Source of the DNA: an uncultured Gammaproteobacteria bacterium
Lineage (GTDB): Bacteria; Pseudomonadota; Gammaproteobacteria; JABCZS01
Assembly (NCBI GenBank): GCA_963848305.1
Contig: CAWKDC010000001.1
Span: forward strand, 1,408,001-1,472,000
Reading direction: 5' to 3'
DNA length: 64,000 bases
The notes beneath the pieces are model-generated. The model was not told where the DNA came from. It did not search any database and saw only the letters and a program-made list of their open reading frames with translations. Both the position numbers and the translations under genes were made by a program. Of this stretch, positions 40,855 to 51,170 are shown one piece after another. The stretch's first letter is position 1, and each line of letters begins with the position of its first letter.

Positions 40855-43800
40855 CATTCGGTCTATTTTAATATTAGGTGCCGGGCCAGATCATCATTGG
40901 CCAAGCGTGTGAATTTGATTATTCAGGCGCACAAGCCTGTGCCGCATTGAAAGAAGAAGGGTATCGGGTGATATTCGTGAATTCTAATCCTGCCACTATC
41001 ATGACAGATCCACAATATGCAGATGCCACTTATATAGAAGCTCTAGACTGGCGTGAAGTCGCTAAAATCATCGAAAAAGAACGGCCTGATGCGTTACTGC
41101 CGACCATGGGCGGCCAAACCGCGTTGAATTGTGCTTTAGATTTAGCGAAAAAAGGCATTTTGGAAAAATACAATGTCGAATTGATTGGAGCGACTCGCGA
41201 AGCGATTGATAAAGCAGAAGATCGCGAAAAATTTCGTCAAGCCATGCACCGTATTGGTCTTGAGACGCCTCATTCAGCAATTGCTCACAGCTTAGAAGAA
41301 GCTAAACAAGTTCAAGTGAGATTTGGTTATCCTGTGATCATTCGACCCTCATTTACCATGGGAGGAAGCGGCGGAGGAATTGCATACAATCAAGAAGAAT
41401 TTGCCGAAATATGCGCACGCGGTTTAGATTTATCGCCCACACATGAGTTATTGATTGAAGAATCCATTATTGGGTGGAAAGAATATGAAATGGAAGTGGT
41501 GCGTGATAGAAATGATAATTGTATTATCGTCTGCGCCATTGAGAATGTTGATCCCATGGGTGTTCACACAGGCGATTCGATCACGGTTGCGCCGGCACAA
41601 ACCCTGACAGATAAAGAATATCAACGCATGCGTAATGCATCGATTGCGGTATTACGTGAAATTGGGGTTGAAACGGGCGGGTCAAATGTGCAATTTGCGA
41701 TTGTGTCCCAAGTCAGGTCGTCTTGTGGTGATTGAAATGAATCCACGTGTGTCACGCTCATCCGCATTGGCATCCAAAGCGACAGGTTTTCCAATTGCTA
41801 AAATCGCGGCAAAATTGGCTGTTGGTTATACATTGGATGAATTGAAAAATGAAATCACTGGGGGCGCAACACCTGCATCATTTGAGCCATCGATCGATTA
41901 TGTGGTGACTAAAATTCCGCGCTTTAATTTTGAAAAATTCCCTCAAGCTTCTTCACGTCTAACCACACAAATGAAATCCGTCGGTGAGGTGATGGCGATT
42001 GGGCGCACATTCAAAGAATCGGTTCAAAAAGCCCTGCGTGGTTTGGAAATTGGTATTTCAGGTTTTGATCCGAAGGTTAATGCAGAAGATCCCAATGTCT
42101 ATGATTTATTGCGTTCTGAAATTTCTATTCCTGGACCTGAACGTTTGCGTTATATCGCTGATGCATTTCGTTTGGGTTATTCATTGGCAGAAGTGAAGCA
42201 ATGGTCCCAAATGGATCCTTGGTTCTTAACGCAAATTGAAGCACTCATGCTCACAGAAGCAGAAATGGCACGCACTGCTTGGGGTGATATCACGGCAGAA
42301 AAAATGTTTGCGTGGAAACGAGATGGTTTTTCTGATCATCGAATATCCGCAATATTAAAAGTGAGCGAGCAATCCGTTCGCGAATTGCGCAATCGTTTTA
42401 ACATTCATCCCGTTTATAAACGAGTCGATACTTGCGCCGGCGAATTTGCGACACAAACCGCCTATCTTTATTCCACCTATGAACGTTTCTGTGAAGCAAA
42501 ACCGACGGATAAAGAAAAAATCATGGTGTTGGGCGGTGGGCCTAATCGCATCGGGCAGGGAATCGAATTTGATTATTGTTGCGTTCATGCAGCCCTTGCT
42601 ATTCGTGAATGTGGGTATGAAGCCATCATGGTGAATTGCAATCCTGAAACGGTATCAACGGATTATAATATTTCTGATCGTCTTTATTTTGAACCTCTCA
42701 CTTTGGAAGATGTATTGGAAATTGTGCGCATCGAAAAACCCAAAGGTGTTGTCGTTCAATATGGTGGTCAAACACCATTGAAATTAGCAAAAGCATTGGA
42801 AGAAGCGGGCGTGCCTATTATTGGCACATCACCAGATGCCATTGATTGCGCCGAAGATCGCGAACGATTCAGTGCATTGTTACGTGAATTGGGTTTAAAA
42901 CAACCAGCAAATTGCACTGTGCGTACAGTCGCACAAGGGCTCGAAAAAGCGCAAGATATTGGTTATCCATTGGTCGTTCGGCCTTCCTATGTATTGGGTG
43001 GGCGCGCGATGGAAATTGTGTATAACGATGCAGAACTGAAATTTTATTTGGAAAATGCTGTACAGCTCGGTCACGATTCTCCCGTATTATTAGATCGTTT
43101 CTTGGATGATGCCGTAGAAGTCGATGTCGATGCCGTCTGTGATGGGAAAGATGTCATGATTTGTGGCATCATGGAGCATATTGAGCAAGCAGGTATTCAT
43201 TCGGGAGATTCAGCCTGCACGTTGCCTCCTCATCAGCTCAGTGAATCTGTACAAAAAGCCTTGCGCGATAGCATGACCCGTATGTCTAAAGCATTAAATG
43301 TGATTGGGTTGGTGAATGCGCAATTTGCGATTCAACGCGATGAGATTTATGTGCTTGAAGTGAACCCCCGTGCTTCTCGTACAGTACCATTTGTGGCAAA
43401 GGCAACGGGTGTGCCTCTCGCTAAAATCGGCGTGCGCTGCATGTTAGGTATTCCTTTGTCGAAACAATCTGATGCACGTATGCCTAAACTGGATTATTTT
43501 GCAGTGAAAGCCCCTGTTTTCCCCTTTGATAAATTCCAGAATGTGGATCCTATTCTAGGGCCTGAAATGAAGTCAACGGGCGAAGTCATGGGCGTTGGCC
43601 CGACCTTCGCACAAGCCTATGCGAAAGCGCAACTCGCGATTGGTCAGGATTTAAACCCCGGTGGTAAAGCGTTTATCAGCGTGCGTGATGCAGATAAGCC
43701 AGGTGCAATCAACCTTGCTGCACAACTTATTCAACTGGGTTTTGAATTGGTTGCCACGCGCGGTACAGCAGATACATTGCGTGCCGCGGGTGTGCCTTGT

Positions 43801-44052
43801 GAAACCGTGAAAAAAGTGGCGGAAGGTCGTCCTCACGTGGTTGACATGATTAAAAACGGTGAGATTGAATTTATTGTGAATACCACAGAGGGTAAACAAG
43901 CGATTGCGGATTCTTTTGCCATCCGCCGCAGTGCATTGCAATCGAAAATCAAATATACTACGACATTGGCGGGCGGGTTTGCTGCAGCCAGTGCCTTTGC
44001 TTGTGATAAGCAATGGCAAGTTGTTCCTCTTCAAATTTTACACAACAGGTGA
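40838..44052 (+). CDS. carB: Carbamoyl-phosphate synthase large subunit, apparent frameshifts near 40890 and 41702
   Basis: GTG start [17 protein letters not shown] / [13 protein letters not shown] ... GGSNVQFA / [28 protein letters not shown] ... MGS domain. Confidence 0.95.
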
Positions 44053-44055
44053 GAA

Positions 44056-44532
44056 ATGGTACGTATTCCCGTAACCCCCGAGGGACAGAAGGCTATGCAG
44101 GAAGAATTGGATTTTTTGAAAAAGGTCGAGCGTCCTCGCATCATTGAGGCGATCAAAACAGCGCGAGAATTAGGCGACTTGAAAGAAAATGCTGAATACC
44201 ATGAAGCGAAACGTGAACAATCGCACATTGAAGGCCGCATTCAATATTTGGAAGGTACCTTGTCAAATTGCCAAGTCATTGATGTCACGAAATTAAATGC
44301 AACTGGCCGCGTGGTTTTTGGTTGCACTGTGACGATCATGAATCTGTCGAATGAAGAGGAAGTGACCTATAAATTAGTCGGCGAAGATGAAGCAGATATC
44401 AGGAAAAATAAATTGTCTGTTTCTTCTCCCATTGCGCATGCTTTGATTGGGAAAGAAGAGGGCGACGAAGTCACGGTTCAAACCCCGAGTGGCTTGTTGA
44501 AATATGAAATCATTGAAGTGAAATATTTGTAA
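44056..44532 (+). CDS. greA: Transcription elongation factor GreA
   Basis: [30 protein letters not shown]. Confidence 0.97.
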   Translation: MVRIPVTPEGQKAMQEELDFLKKVERPRIIEAIKTARELGDLKENAEYHEAKREQSHIEGRIQYLEGTLSNCQVIDVTKLNATGRVVFGCTVTIMNLSNEEEVTYKLVGEDEADIRKNKLSVSSPIAHALIGKEEGDEVTVQTPSGLLKYEIIEVKYL

Positions 44533-44573
44533 CGTCATGACGAAATTTATACCATTATCAAGGATTGAATCAC

Positions 44574-45053
44574 ATGAAAAAAACTGGCTTCGAACATGTC
44601 CGTGAATTCCACGAGACTTTCAACCATCCCATCCATACCACGCCTTTCGTCCCTGACGAAAAAACCATCAAACTGCGTTTGGCCTTGATTTTGGAAGAGT
44701 TCACCGAATTGACTGAAGCCTGCTTGGGTGATACTGAATGCGCTCACAAAACGTTGAGCACCCTGGCTCAGGCCATGGACAATGTGAAGGCCTTGCAAGC
44801 TGACGATCTCAATGTGGATCTTGTCGCTGTCGCAGATGCCCTGACAGACATCAATTACGTCACCTACGGCGCTGGTCATTGTTTTGGCCTGGATTTGGAC
44901 GCCTGCATGCAAGAAGTCCAGCGCGCCAACATGAGTAAACTCGGCGAAGATGGCAAGCCCATCTACAACGAGCATGGCAAAATCATGAAGGGCTCACGAT
45001 ACACCCCGCCGGATATTGCCAAAGTGCTGCAAGTTCCGCCTGATAAAGAGTAG
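44574..45053 (+). CDS. MazG-like all-alpha NTP pyrophosphohydrolase (DR2231/PRA-PH type)
   Basis: VREFHETF, LRLALILEEFTEL, VADALTDINYVTYG, EVQRANMSK, GKIMKG. Confidence 0.85.
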   Translation: MKKTGFEHVREFHETFNHPIHTTPFVPDEKTIKLRLALILEEFTELTEACLGDTECAHKTLSTLAQAMDNVKALQADDLNVDLVAVADALTDINYVTYGAGHCFGLDLDACMQEVQRANMSKLGEDGKPIYNEHGKIMKGSRYTPPDIAKVLQVPPDKE

Positions 45054-45120
45054 GATGCCCATTAACTGAATCCAGATATTATGCCATTGCTCTCTATAAT
45101 GAATTGAAAAATATGGGGAT

Positions 45121-45464
45121 ATTGGCATAGATTCAGTCGATCACTTTCTGATGGCTGCACCAAAGAAAAATAGGAAAATTTATCTTCAAGACCCTTTTAT
45201 TTATCATGCGGTATCTGGTTTTGTTCATCAAGATTAAGGGCTCCAAGGGGGAGGTCGATGTGGCCGTGGTCAACGGGCAATCGTTTTTTACCCATTGGGA
45301 CCTCACAGCTCCGCTTGGATGATTTGAAGCAGATTCTCCTTTATCCCAGTGGGCTGATCTTATGGAACCGTCCCGAGGGGCAGGGTTTTCAAGATGTACC
45401 GGTCATCCCATTGCCAAGATTTTTGCTGAGCGAATCTATCCCATTGAATTATATACGATCATAA
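45121..45464 (+). pseudogene. Degraded AAA_14/DUF4143 C-terminal remnant
   Basis: Broken frames encode LMAAPKKNRKIYLQDPFIYHAV, KGEVDVAVVNG and TSQLRLDDLKQIL...IPLPRFLL. Confidence 0.6.
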
Positions 45465-45555
45465 ATGAGCGATATTTTTCATTAAACCCGAGACAAACCC
45501 CAATTTTAATGTTAAAATTCTTCATCTCAAGATGACACAGTTTAGGAGTTTATTC

Positions 45556-45837
45556 ATGGCATTAACAACCGCCCAGAAAGCAGACGTAGTTAGCAAATCA
45601 GCTACACAATTCGCCTTAAATGCAAAAGACACAGGCTCTCCTGAAGTCCAAGTGGCTTTGCTCACAGAGTCAATCACCAAATTGACCGCTCACCTCAAAA
45701 TCAATAAGCAAGACAAACATTCACGTTATGGGTTGATCAAGATGGTCAGCAAACGCCGTCGTTTGTTGAACTACTTGCGCGCCAACGATGTCGCACGCTA
45801 CCAACAAGTGTTGGCTGCGCTGGATTTACGCCGTTAA
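45556..45837 (+). CDS. rpsO: 30S ribosomal protein S15
   Basis: [32 protein letters not shown]; AGGAG RBS. Confidence 0.97.
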   Translation: MALTTAQKADVVSKSATQFALNAKDTGSPEVQVALLTESITKLTAHLKINKQDKHSRYGLIKMVSKRRRLLNYLRANDVARYQQVLAALDLRR

Positions 45838-45916
45838 TCGCCGTAACGATGCCGCGCATCTGCTCCCGCTCGCTTTTTAAAATCGCTTTTATATACAAAA
45901 GGAAATATCGCTCGTG

Positions 45917-48007
45917 ATGAAAATGACAAGAAAGACTTTCAAGTTTGGCAGACACACTGTCACCCTGGAAACAGGCCGCATTGCCAGACAAGCCTCTGGT
46001 GCTGTGTGGGTAGATATGGAGGGGACCATCGTCCTCGTTACCGCTGTCGCCATGAAACAAGCGGATCCGAAAAAAACATTTTTTCCATTAACCGTTAACT
46101 ACCAAGAACGTACGTATGCAGCAGGCTTGATCCCTGGCAACTACTTCCGTCGTGAAGGCCGTCCTTCAGAAGCTGAAACATTGATTTCACGCTTGATTGA
46201 CCGTCCTATCCGTCCTCTTTTCCCCGATGGTTTCATGAATGAAGTGCAAATCATTGCAACCGTGAAATCATTGAATCCCGATGCCAGTCCTGATATCGCC
46301 GCATTGATTGGCGCGTCTGCTGCATTGAAAATTGCCGGTGTGCCATGGGCTGGTCCTATTGCTGCGGCACGTGTCGGCTATCAAGATGGTGAGTATCTTT
46401 TAAATCCCTCTGAGAAAATGCTTGAAACTTCAGAATTGGATTTGGTCGTCGCAGGTACTGCGAAAGCGGTGTTGATGGTTGAATCTGAAGCCAAAGAATT
46501 GCCTGAAGAAATCATGTTGGGCGCGGTGATGTACGGTCATGCGGAATTCCAAGTGGTGATCAATGCCATTAACGAATTTGTCGCAGAAGCCGGCAGTGAA
46601 TCTTGGAACTGGCAGCCTGCTGTGTCCAATGTTGAATTGAAGGCGCAAGTGGAAGCATTCGTGAAAGGCGATATTGCCAAAGCCTATGAAATGCGCGATA
46701 AGCTCGTTCGTCGTGATCAGTTATCTGCACTCAAAAAAGCTTCGCTCGAAAAATTCGTGGTGGAAGGTGGCAGTGTCACTGCTGACGATGTTGGCAATAT
46801 TTTTGGTGAAATCGAAAAAGAACACGTCCGTCATCAAATTCTGTCAGGTCATTTACGTATTGACGGTCGCGACAATCAAACTGTTCGCCCGATTACGACG
46901 GAAGTGGGCTTGTTGCCACGAACACACGGTTCTGCATTGTTTACACGCGGTGAAACTCAAGCCATTGTGGTGGCAACACTCGGTACTGAGCGTGATGCAC
47001 AAAAGATGGATGGTTTAGCGGGTGAATTCAGCGAACGCTTCATGCTGCATTACAACTTCCCTCCTTTCTGCGTGGGTGAAGTTGGTATGGTCGGTGCGCC
47101 CAAACGCCGTGAAATTGGTCACGGAAATTTGGCTAAACGCGCCATCAAACCGTTATTGCCTGACATGAAAGATTTCCCTTATGTCCTGCGTGTTGTGTCT
47201 GAAATCACTGAATCTAATGGTTCAAGCTCCATGGCTTCTGTGTGTGGCACCAGCTTGGCGTTGATGGATGCGGGCGTGCCGCTTAAGGCGCCTGTCGCAG
47301 GTATTGCCATGGGTCTGATCAAAGAAGGCGAACGTTTCGCTGTGTTGACCGATATCTTGGGTGATGAAGATCATTTGGGTGACATGGACTTTAAAGTCGC
47401 AGGTACCGAAGAAGGTGTCACAGCCTTGCAAATGGACATCAAGATTGAAGGCATTAACCATCAAATCATGCAAGTTGCCTTGGAACAAGCCCGTAAAGGC
47501 CGTTTGCATATTTTAGGTAAAATGGCTGAATCCTTGACCGGTCCTCGCCAAGATATTTCAGATTTTGCACCCCGTATCACGACGATCAAAGTCAACCCTG
47601 ATAAGATCCGCGATATCATCGGTAAAGGTGGCGCGACTATCCGTGCCTTGACCGAAGAAACCGGCACCACGATCGACATCACTGACGATGGCACTGTGAA
47701 GATTGCCGCAGTCGACGGCGAAGCTGCGAAGAAAGCGGTAGAACGCATTCATGCGTTAACCGCCGAAGCAGAAGTCGGCGCAGTTTACAAAGGCAAAGTG
47801 GTGAAGGTTGTCGATTTCGGCGCATTCGTGAACTTCTTGCCCGGTAAAGACGGTTTGGTTCATATTTCGGAACTGAGCCATGAACGCGTTCAAAACGTCA
47901 ATGACGTGGTTCATGAAGGTCAAGAAATCATGGTCAAAGTGCTTGAAATCGACAAGCAAGGCCGTGTACGTCTGAGCGTGAAAGCGTTGGATGAACAGCC
48001 TGCGTAA
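45917..48007 (+). CDS. pnp: Polyribonucleotide nucleotidyltransferase
   Basis: [42 protein letters not shown] and S1 domains. Confidence 0.98.
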   Translation: MKMTRKTFKFGRHTVTLETGRIARQASGAVWVDMEGTIVLVTAVAMKQADPKKTFFPLTVNYQERTYAAGLIPGNYFRREGRPSEAETLISRLIDRPIRPLFPDGFMNEVQIIATVKSLNPDASPDIAALIGASAALKIAGVPWAGPIAAARVGYQDGEYLLNPSEKMLETSELDLVVAGTAKAVLMVESEAKELPEEIMLGAVMYGHAEFQVVINAINEFVAEAGSESWNWQPAVSNVELKAQVEAFVKGDIAKAYEMRDKLVRRDQLSALKKASLEKFVVEGGSVTADDVGNIFGEIEKEHVRHQILSGHLRIDGRDNQTVRPITTEVGLLPRTHGSALFTRGETQAIVVATLGTERDAQKMDGLAGEFSERFMLHYNFPPFCVGEVGMVGAPKRREIGHGNLAKRAIKPLLPDMKDFPYVLRVVSEITESNGSSSMASVCGTSLALMDAGVPLKAPVAGIAMGLIKEGERFAVLTDILGDEDHLGDMDFKVAGTEEGVTALQMDIKIEGINHQIMQVALEQARKGRLHILGKMAESLTGPRQDISDFAPRITTIKVNPDKIRDIIGKGGATIRALTEETGTTIDITDDGTVKIAAVDGEAAKKAVERIHALTAEAEVGAVYKGKVVKVVDFGAFVNFLPGKDGLVHISELSHERVQNVNDVVHEGQEIMVKVLEIDKQGRVRLSVKALDEQPA

Positions 48008-48013
48008 TGGCTT

Positions 48014-48170
48014 GTAAGGGCGCGTCTTCGACGCGCACGGGCGGGAATACCCGCCGCCCCTACAAACACGCGCTACCGGTTGCATTTGTAGGGGCGCATA
48101 TTTGCGCCCGTCGCGCTCTGCGTTTACAAAAAATATCTAATGAATAGGGCGAATGACTATTCGCCCCTAT
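48014..48170. repeat. Cluster of three GTAG-type REP-like palindromes downstream of pnp
   Basis: GTAAGGGCGC...CGCCCCTAC (48014-48063), GTAGGGGCGCATATTTGCGCCC (48088), TAGGGCGAATGACTATTCGCCCCTA (48145). Confidence 0.8.
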
Positions 48171-48188
48171 ACCCCTGAGCAATCACGA

Positions 48189-49508
48189 TCATACAATCAA
48201 CTCAGCAAAATACAAGGGATAATATCGAACATAACCATCCTGCATCCCAGGTGCTTTTGCACTGAAAATAATTTGATAAGGTGGGTGATACTTTGCAGCG
48301 AATGTTTGTAAACTTTTCGCACGTGTCACGTTTCCTGATTTAACTTCCAGTGGAATAATATCTGCACCATCAGTGTGCAAAAATTCAATTTCAGATCGTC
48401 CTTCCTGCCAAGCATATAATGAAGCGTGTCTCGCATTCAATAAGGCTTGAGCCACATAGTTTTCTGCGAAATAGCCCTTGTAACTGCCATAATCTTGATC
48501 CAAGATAGCTTTCACAGGAAGTTGGCTCATGGCGCCTAATAGGCCGATATCATTCATATATAATTTAAAAGTATTATCTTTCGCATAAGCAGGTAGGGGA
48601 ATGCGTGGTGTTTCTATCACAGGGACTTTGATCACGAGCTGAGCCGCGCATAACCAATCAATGGTATCTGCCAATCGTTGGTAACGATCAATACCAGGTA
48701 AAATACCTTTGAATTTGAACTTTTGAGTGCTGCCGTCTTGAGCGCGGGCGAGTTGCGCTGGCACATCTCTCCACACACGTGCAATGTGCATGGCATTGAC
48801 CTTCCCTGCATGTTTAGCGATATCAGCTTCATAAGCAATGATCAGATCCTCCTGCTTATCACGTACTTTTTGAAATGCAGTGAAGAGCGTATCCTGATAT
48901 TCGACATAGATACTCACTGCGGCCGGCATGCCGCCGACCACAAAGTATTTTTTTAAGAATGTCCATAAGGATTGATGTATGCTATCTGGTATGTGCGTGG
49001 TTGTGGGTGAAAGAGTATTTAATAAGTCGAATAATTTTTGCTGCCCAATGGCGAGTAAAAATTCTTTGAAACTCATCGGGTAAAGGGTTAAAAATTGTAC
49101 TTTTCCAACGGGAAAAGACGCCTGATTTAAATGTAGTCCTAACAAAGAGCCTGCGCCGCAAATAGCCGCTTTAGGCATATCCTCACAAAAATATTTGAGG
49201 CTGGTGAGTGCACGTGGGCAAGCCTGAATTTCATCAAAAAAAATAAAATCTTCGGCGGGGTTGATGTCCTGGTTGATCAGAAAGCTGAGCTCAGAAAGGA
49301 TGTTTTTAGGATCTAACGGGCCGTTGAAAATGGGTGACAGGCGGCTGTCTTGCTCAAAATTGAAATAGTGCATACAAGGGAAATGGGATGCGCCAAACTC
49401 CTTGAGGATATAGGTTTTGCCACATTGTCTAACACCCTTTAAAATCAATGGGATACGATTTTTTTGGTTTTTCCATTGGATAAGTTGAGCCATGATTTGC
49501 CGTTGCAT
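48189..49508 (-). CDS. AAA_14/DUF4143 ATPase-nuclease
   Basis: GVRQCGKT, IFFDEIQ, VGGMPAAV, FKLYMNDIG, EIEFL...IPLEVKSG; GAGGT RBS. Confidence 0.9.
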   Translation of the reverse strand: MQRQIMAQLIQWKNQKNRIPLILKGVRQCGKTYILKEFGASHFPCMHYFNFEQDSRLSPIFNGPLDPKNILSELSFLINQDINPAEDFIFFDEIQACPRALTSLKYFCEDMPKAAICGAGSLLGLHLNQASFPVGKVQFLTLYPMSFKEFLLAIGQQKLFDLLNTLSPTTTHIPDSIHQSLWTFLKKYFVVGGMPAAVSIYVEYQDTLFTAFQKVRDKQEDLIIAYEADIAKHAGKVNAMHIARVWRDVPAQLARAQDGSTQKFKFKGILPGIDRYQRLADTIDWLCAAQLVIKVPVIETPRIPLPAYAKDNTFKLYMNDIGLLGAMSQLPVKAILDQDYGSYKGYFAENYVAQALLNARHASLYAWQEGRSEIEFLHTDGADIIPLEVKSGNVTRAKSLQTFAAKYHPPYQIIFSAKAPGMQDGYVRYYPLYFAELIV

Positions 49509-49530
49509 AGATACCTCATTTGTTGCCATT

Positions 49531-49598
49531 CTTGCAAATTATGACAGATTTGACATTTTTTACAAGCAAAAAATGTCAAATTTGACGTTTTTTGCAAG
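49531..49598 (-). promoter_or_regulatory. Two palindromic operator-like sites (32-bp period) upstream of the AAA gene
   Basis: GCAAATTATGACAGATTTGACATTTTTTACAAG (49534) and GCAAAAAATGTCAAATTTGACGTTTTTTGCAAG (49566; 30-bp palindrome with 1 mismatch). Confidence 0.75.
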
Positions 49599-49609
49599 TT
49601 CGAGAAACC

Positions 49610-49638
49610 TTGACAGGCGAACGGGGGGGGGGTAAAAT
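49610..49638 (+). promoter_or_regulatory. sigma70 promoter TTGACA-N17-TAAAAT with G10 tract in the spacer
   Basis: TTGACA 49610-15, GGCGAAC plus G10 (49623-32), TAAAAT 49633-38. Confidence 0.7.
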
Positions 49639-49679
49639 CCAGATTAGTCATAGACCGGTCAAATAGTGAGACAATTAAC

Positions 49680-50201
49680 ATGAATTCAGAAGCCAAGATT
49701 CCACAGCAAAACAGTATGCTCAAAAACCTACAGACCACGTTTGCATCGCCCAATATGCATGCCTTAATGTTTTGTTATTCTTTGCCTTTGGTTGTTATGG
49801 GGTTCAATGAAAAGAATCCATTGCTGGAGAGTTTATTTCCATTCGAATTTAACGAACAGGGTGGTCTTCTGGCCCTTATCATATTATTTGGATTGGTAAC
49901 GCCATTCACATATCTAGTTGATCGCACATTCACCGATTATAAAACAACAGAAAAGGATCAAATGGTTCAAAATAAATTCCCAGGCTCTTATTGGACGACC
50001 ATCAATTCATTGATGTTATTTGGCACTGCACTCTATTTGTTACATGCAGGCTTCATTGCAGATGATCCGGGCGGGTTACAGCCTAGCACCACAGAAGAGA
50101 ATGTCTTTTTTGGGTTTATGTGGGGTGGCTATGCTTTATTAACGGGCGCTGTGGCAACAGCCAATGCGGTAGGCTTGTATAAGCAACGTCAAAGTGCTTG
50201 A
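49680..50201 (+). CDS. Hypothetical membrane protein (~4 TM)
   Basis: 173 aa with four hydrophobic segments; stop codon lies inside the duplicated pnp segment. Confidence 0.7.
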   Translation: MNSEAKIPQQNSMLKNLQTTFASPNMHALMFCYSLPLVVMGFNEKNPLLESLFPFEFNEQGGLLALIILFGLVTPFTYLVDRTFTDYKTTEKDQMVQNKFPGSYWTTINSLMLFGTALYLLHAGFIADDPGGLQPSTTEENVFFGFMWGGYALLTGAVATANAVGLYKQRQSA

Positions 50202-50293
50202 AATTGACAAGCAAGGCCGTGTACGTCTGAGCGTGAAAGCGTTGGATGAACAGCCTGCGTAATGGCTTGTAAGGGCGCATATTTGCGCCCGTC
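50188..50293 (+). repeat. Direct duplication of the pnp 3' end joined to a REP
   Basis: 50188-50278 matches 47933-48023 (91 bp, 1 mismatch), then continues as the 48088 REP (GCGCATATTTGCGCCCGTC). Confidence 0.92.
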
Positions 50294-50335
50294 TGCGCCA
50301 TAGGCGTTTTTGTTCTTCACAATCTCTTACTTGCT

Positions 50336-50977
50336 TCAATACCTGAAAAGCAATCCCACATTAAAATACGGATCACTGACCGAATCTTCCGAATCCGCTT
50401 TGAATAGAATATTCGCATCAGCAGTGAATGCAATGAAGTGGTTAAACCAAAAATTGGCGCCTAACGCATAACTACCGTAGAACGTATCATAAATATATTC
50501 CTCTTCAAATTCATCTTGATCATCCGTACGTTCCACGCCGTAAACGTAATTAGCGCGCAACAATGTATAAGCTTCAAACCATTGGGCTTTGTAGCTGAGG
50601 ATAGGGCCGGCATAAATGTTGTATACGCTGCTATCTTGATTTTCAAATATTTTAGTGTTTTTCCCCGCGCCTGCACCGCCAATCAACGCAAGCGCAACAC
50701 CCTGATCAAGTGGGTTGATAAAACTGTATCGTGTCCAAAGACCCATTTGAGCGCTGGTGGTTTCCGCATTTATCCCCAGATCCCAAGCGTCGAAAACACC
50801 ATATCCCTGGCGGAGGTATACGCCGCCAAAACCTTCGAATGCAGCAGTGGCGCCGAATTGCGAACTCCAATTGCCCTTGCCTAAACTACGTGCTGTGGTT
50901 TCATTGGAGAAAGGAGCCGAAGAGCAGGCTACGATCAGCGAGGAAAGCAACAGTACGGGTATGGCGTTGTATTTCAT
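50336..50977 (-). CDS. Putative outer-membrane beta-barrel/lipoprotein
   Basis: Lipobox LIVAC, amphipathic aromatic strands, C-terminal FNVGLLFRY. Confidence 0.65.
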   Translation of the reverse strand: MKYNAIPVLLLSSLIVACSSAPFSNETTARSLGKGNWSSQFGATAAFEGFGGVYLRQGYGVFDAWDLGINAETTSAQMGLWTRYSFINPLDQGVALALIGGAGAGKNTKIFENQDSSVYNIYAGPILSYKAQWFEAYTLLRANYVYGVERTDDQDEFEEEYIYDTFYGSYALGANFWFNHFIAFTADANILFKADSEDSVSDPYFNVGLLFRY

Positions 50978-51057
50978 GAAACATCCCATTGTTCAAAACA
51001 TGTGAAAATGGGCTTCAGGCCGAAGGCCTGCAAGTTTTTTAGCCCAGGGTTAGGTGT

Positions 51058-51083
51058 GCCCCGGCTTTCGCCGGGGTACACTC
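51058..51083. repeat. CCCCGGCTTTCGCCGGGG hairpin repeat
   Basis: gccccggctttcgccggggtacactc; sister of 25313-25338. Confidence 0.7.
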
Positions 51084-51170
51084 TTTTGCGCATCGCAACC
51101 TTGGGTACCTGCTTGATATCTGGGCCAGTTTGGTGGTAAACTGAACAAATAACGGCTCAGGGGGCAACAT

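Noticed and set aside
40880-41710. Programmed frameshifting in carB
   Set aside because: No slippery heptamer or stimulatory structure; not known for carB; similar indels occur elsewhere in the window.
44547-44975. Antisense 142-aa ORF and the many other 60-180-aa shadow ORFs in the track
   Set aside because: They overlap well-supported genes on the opposite strand or another frame and have no motifs.
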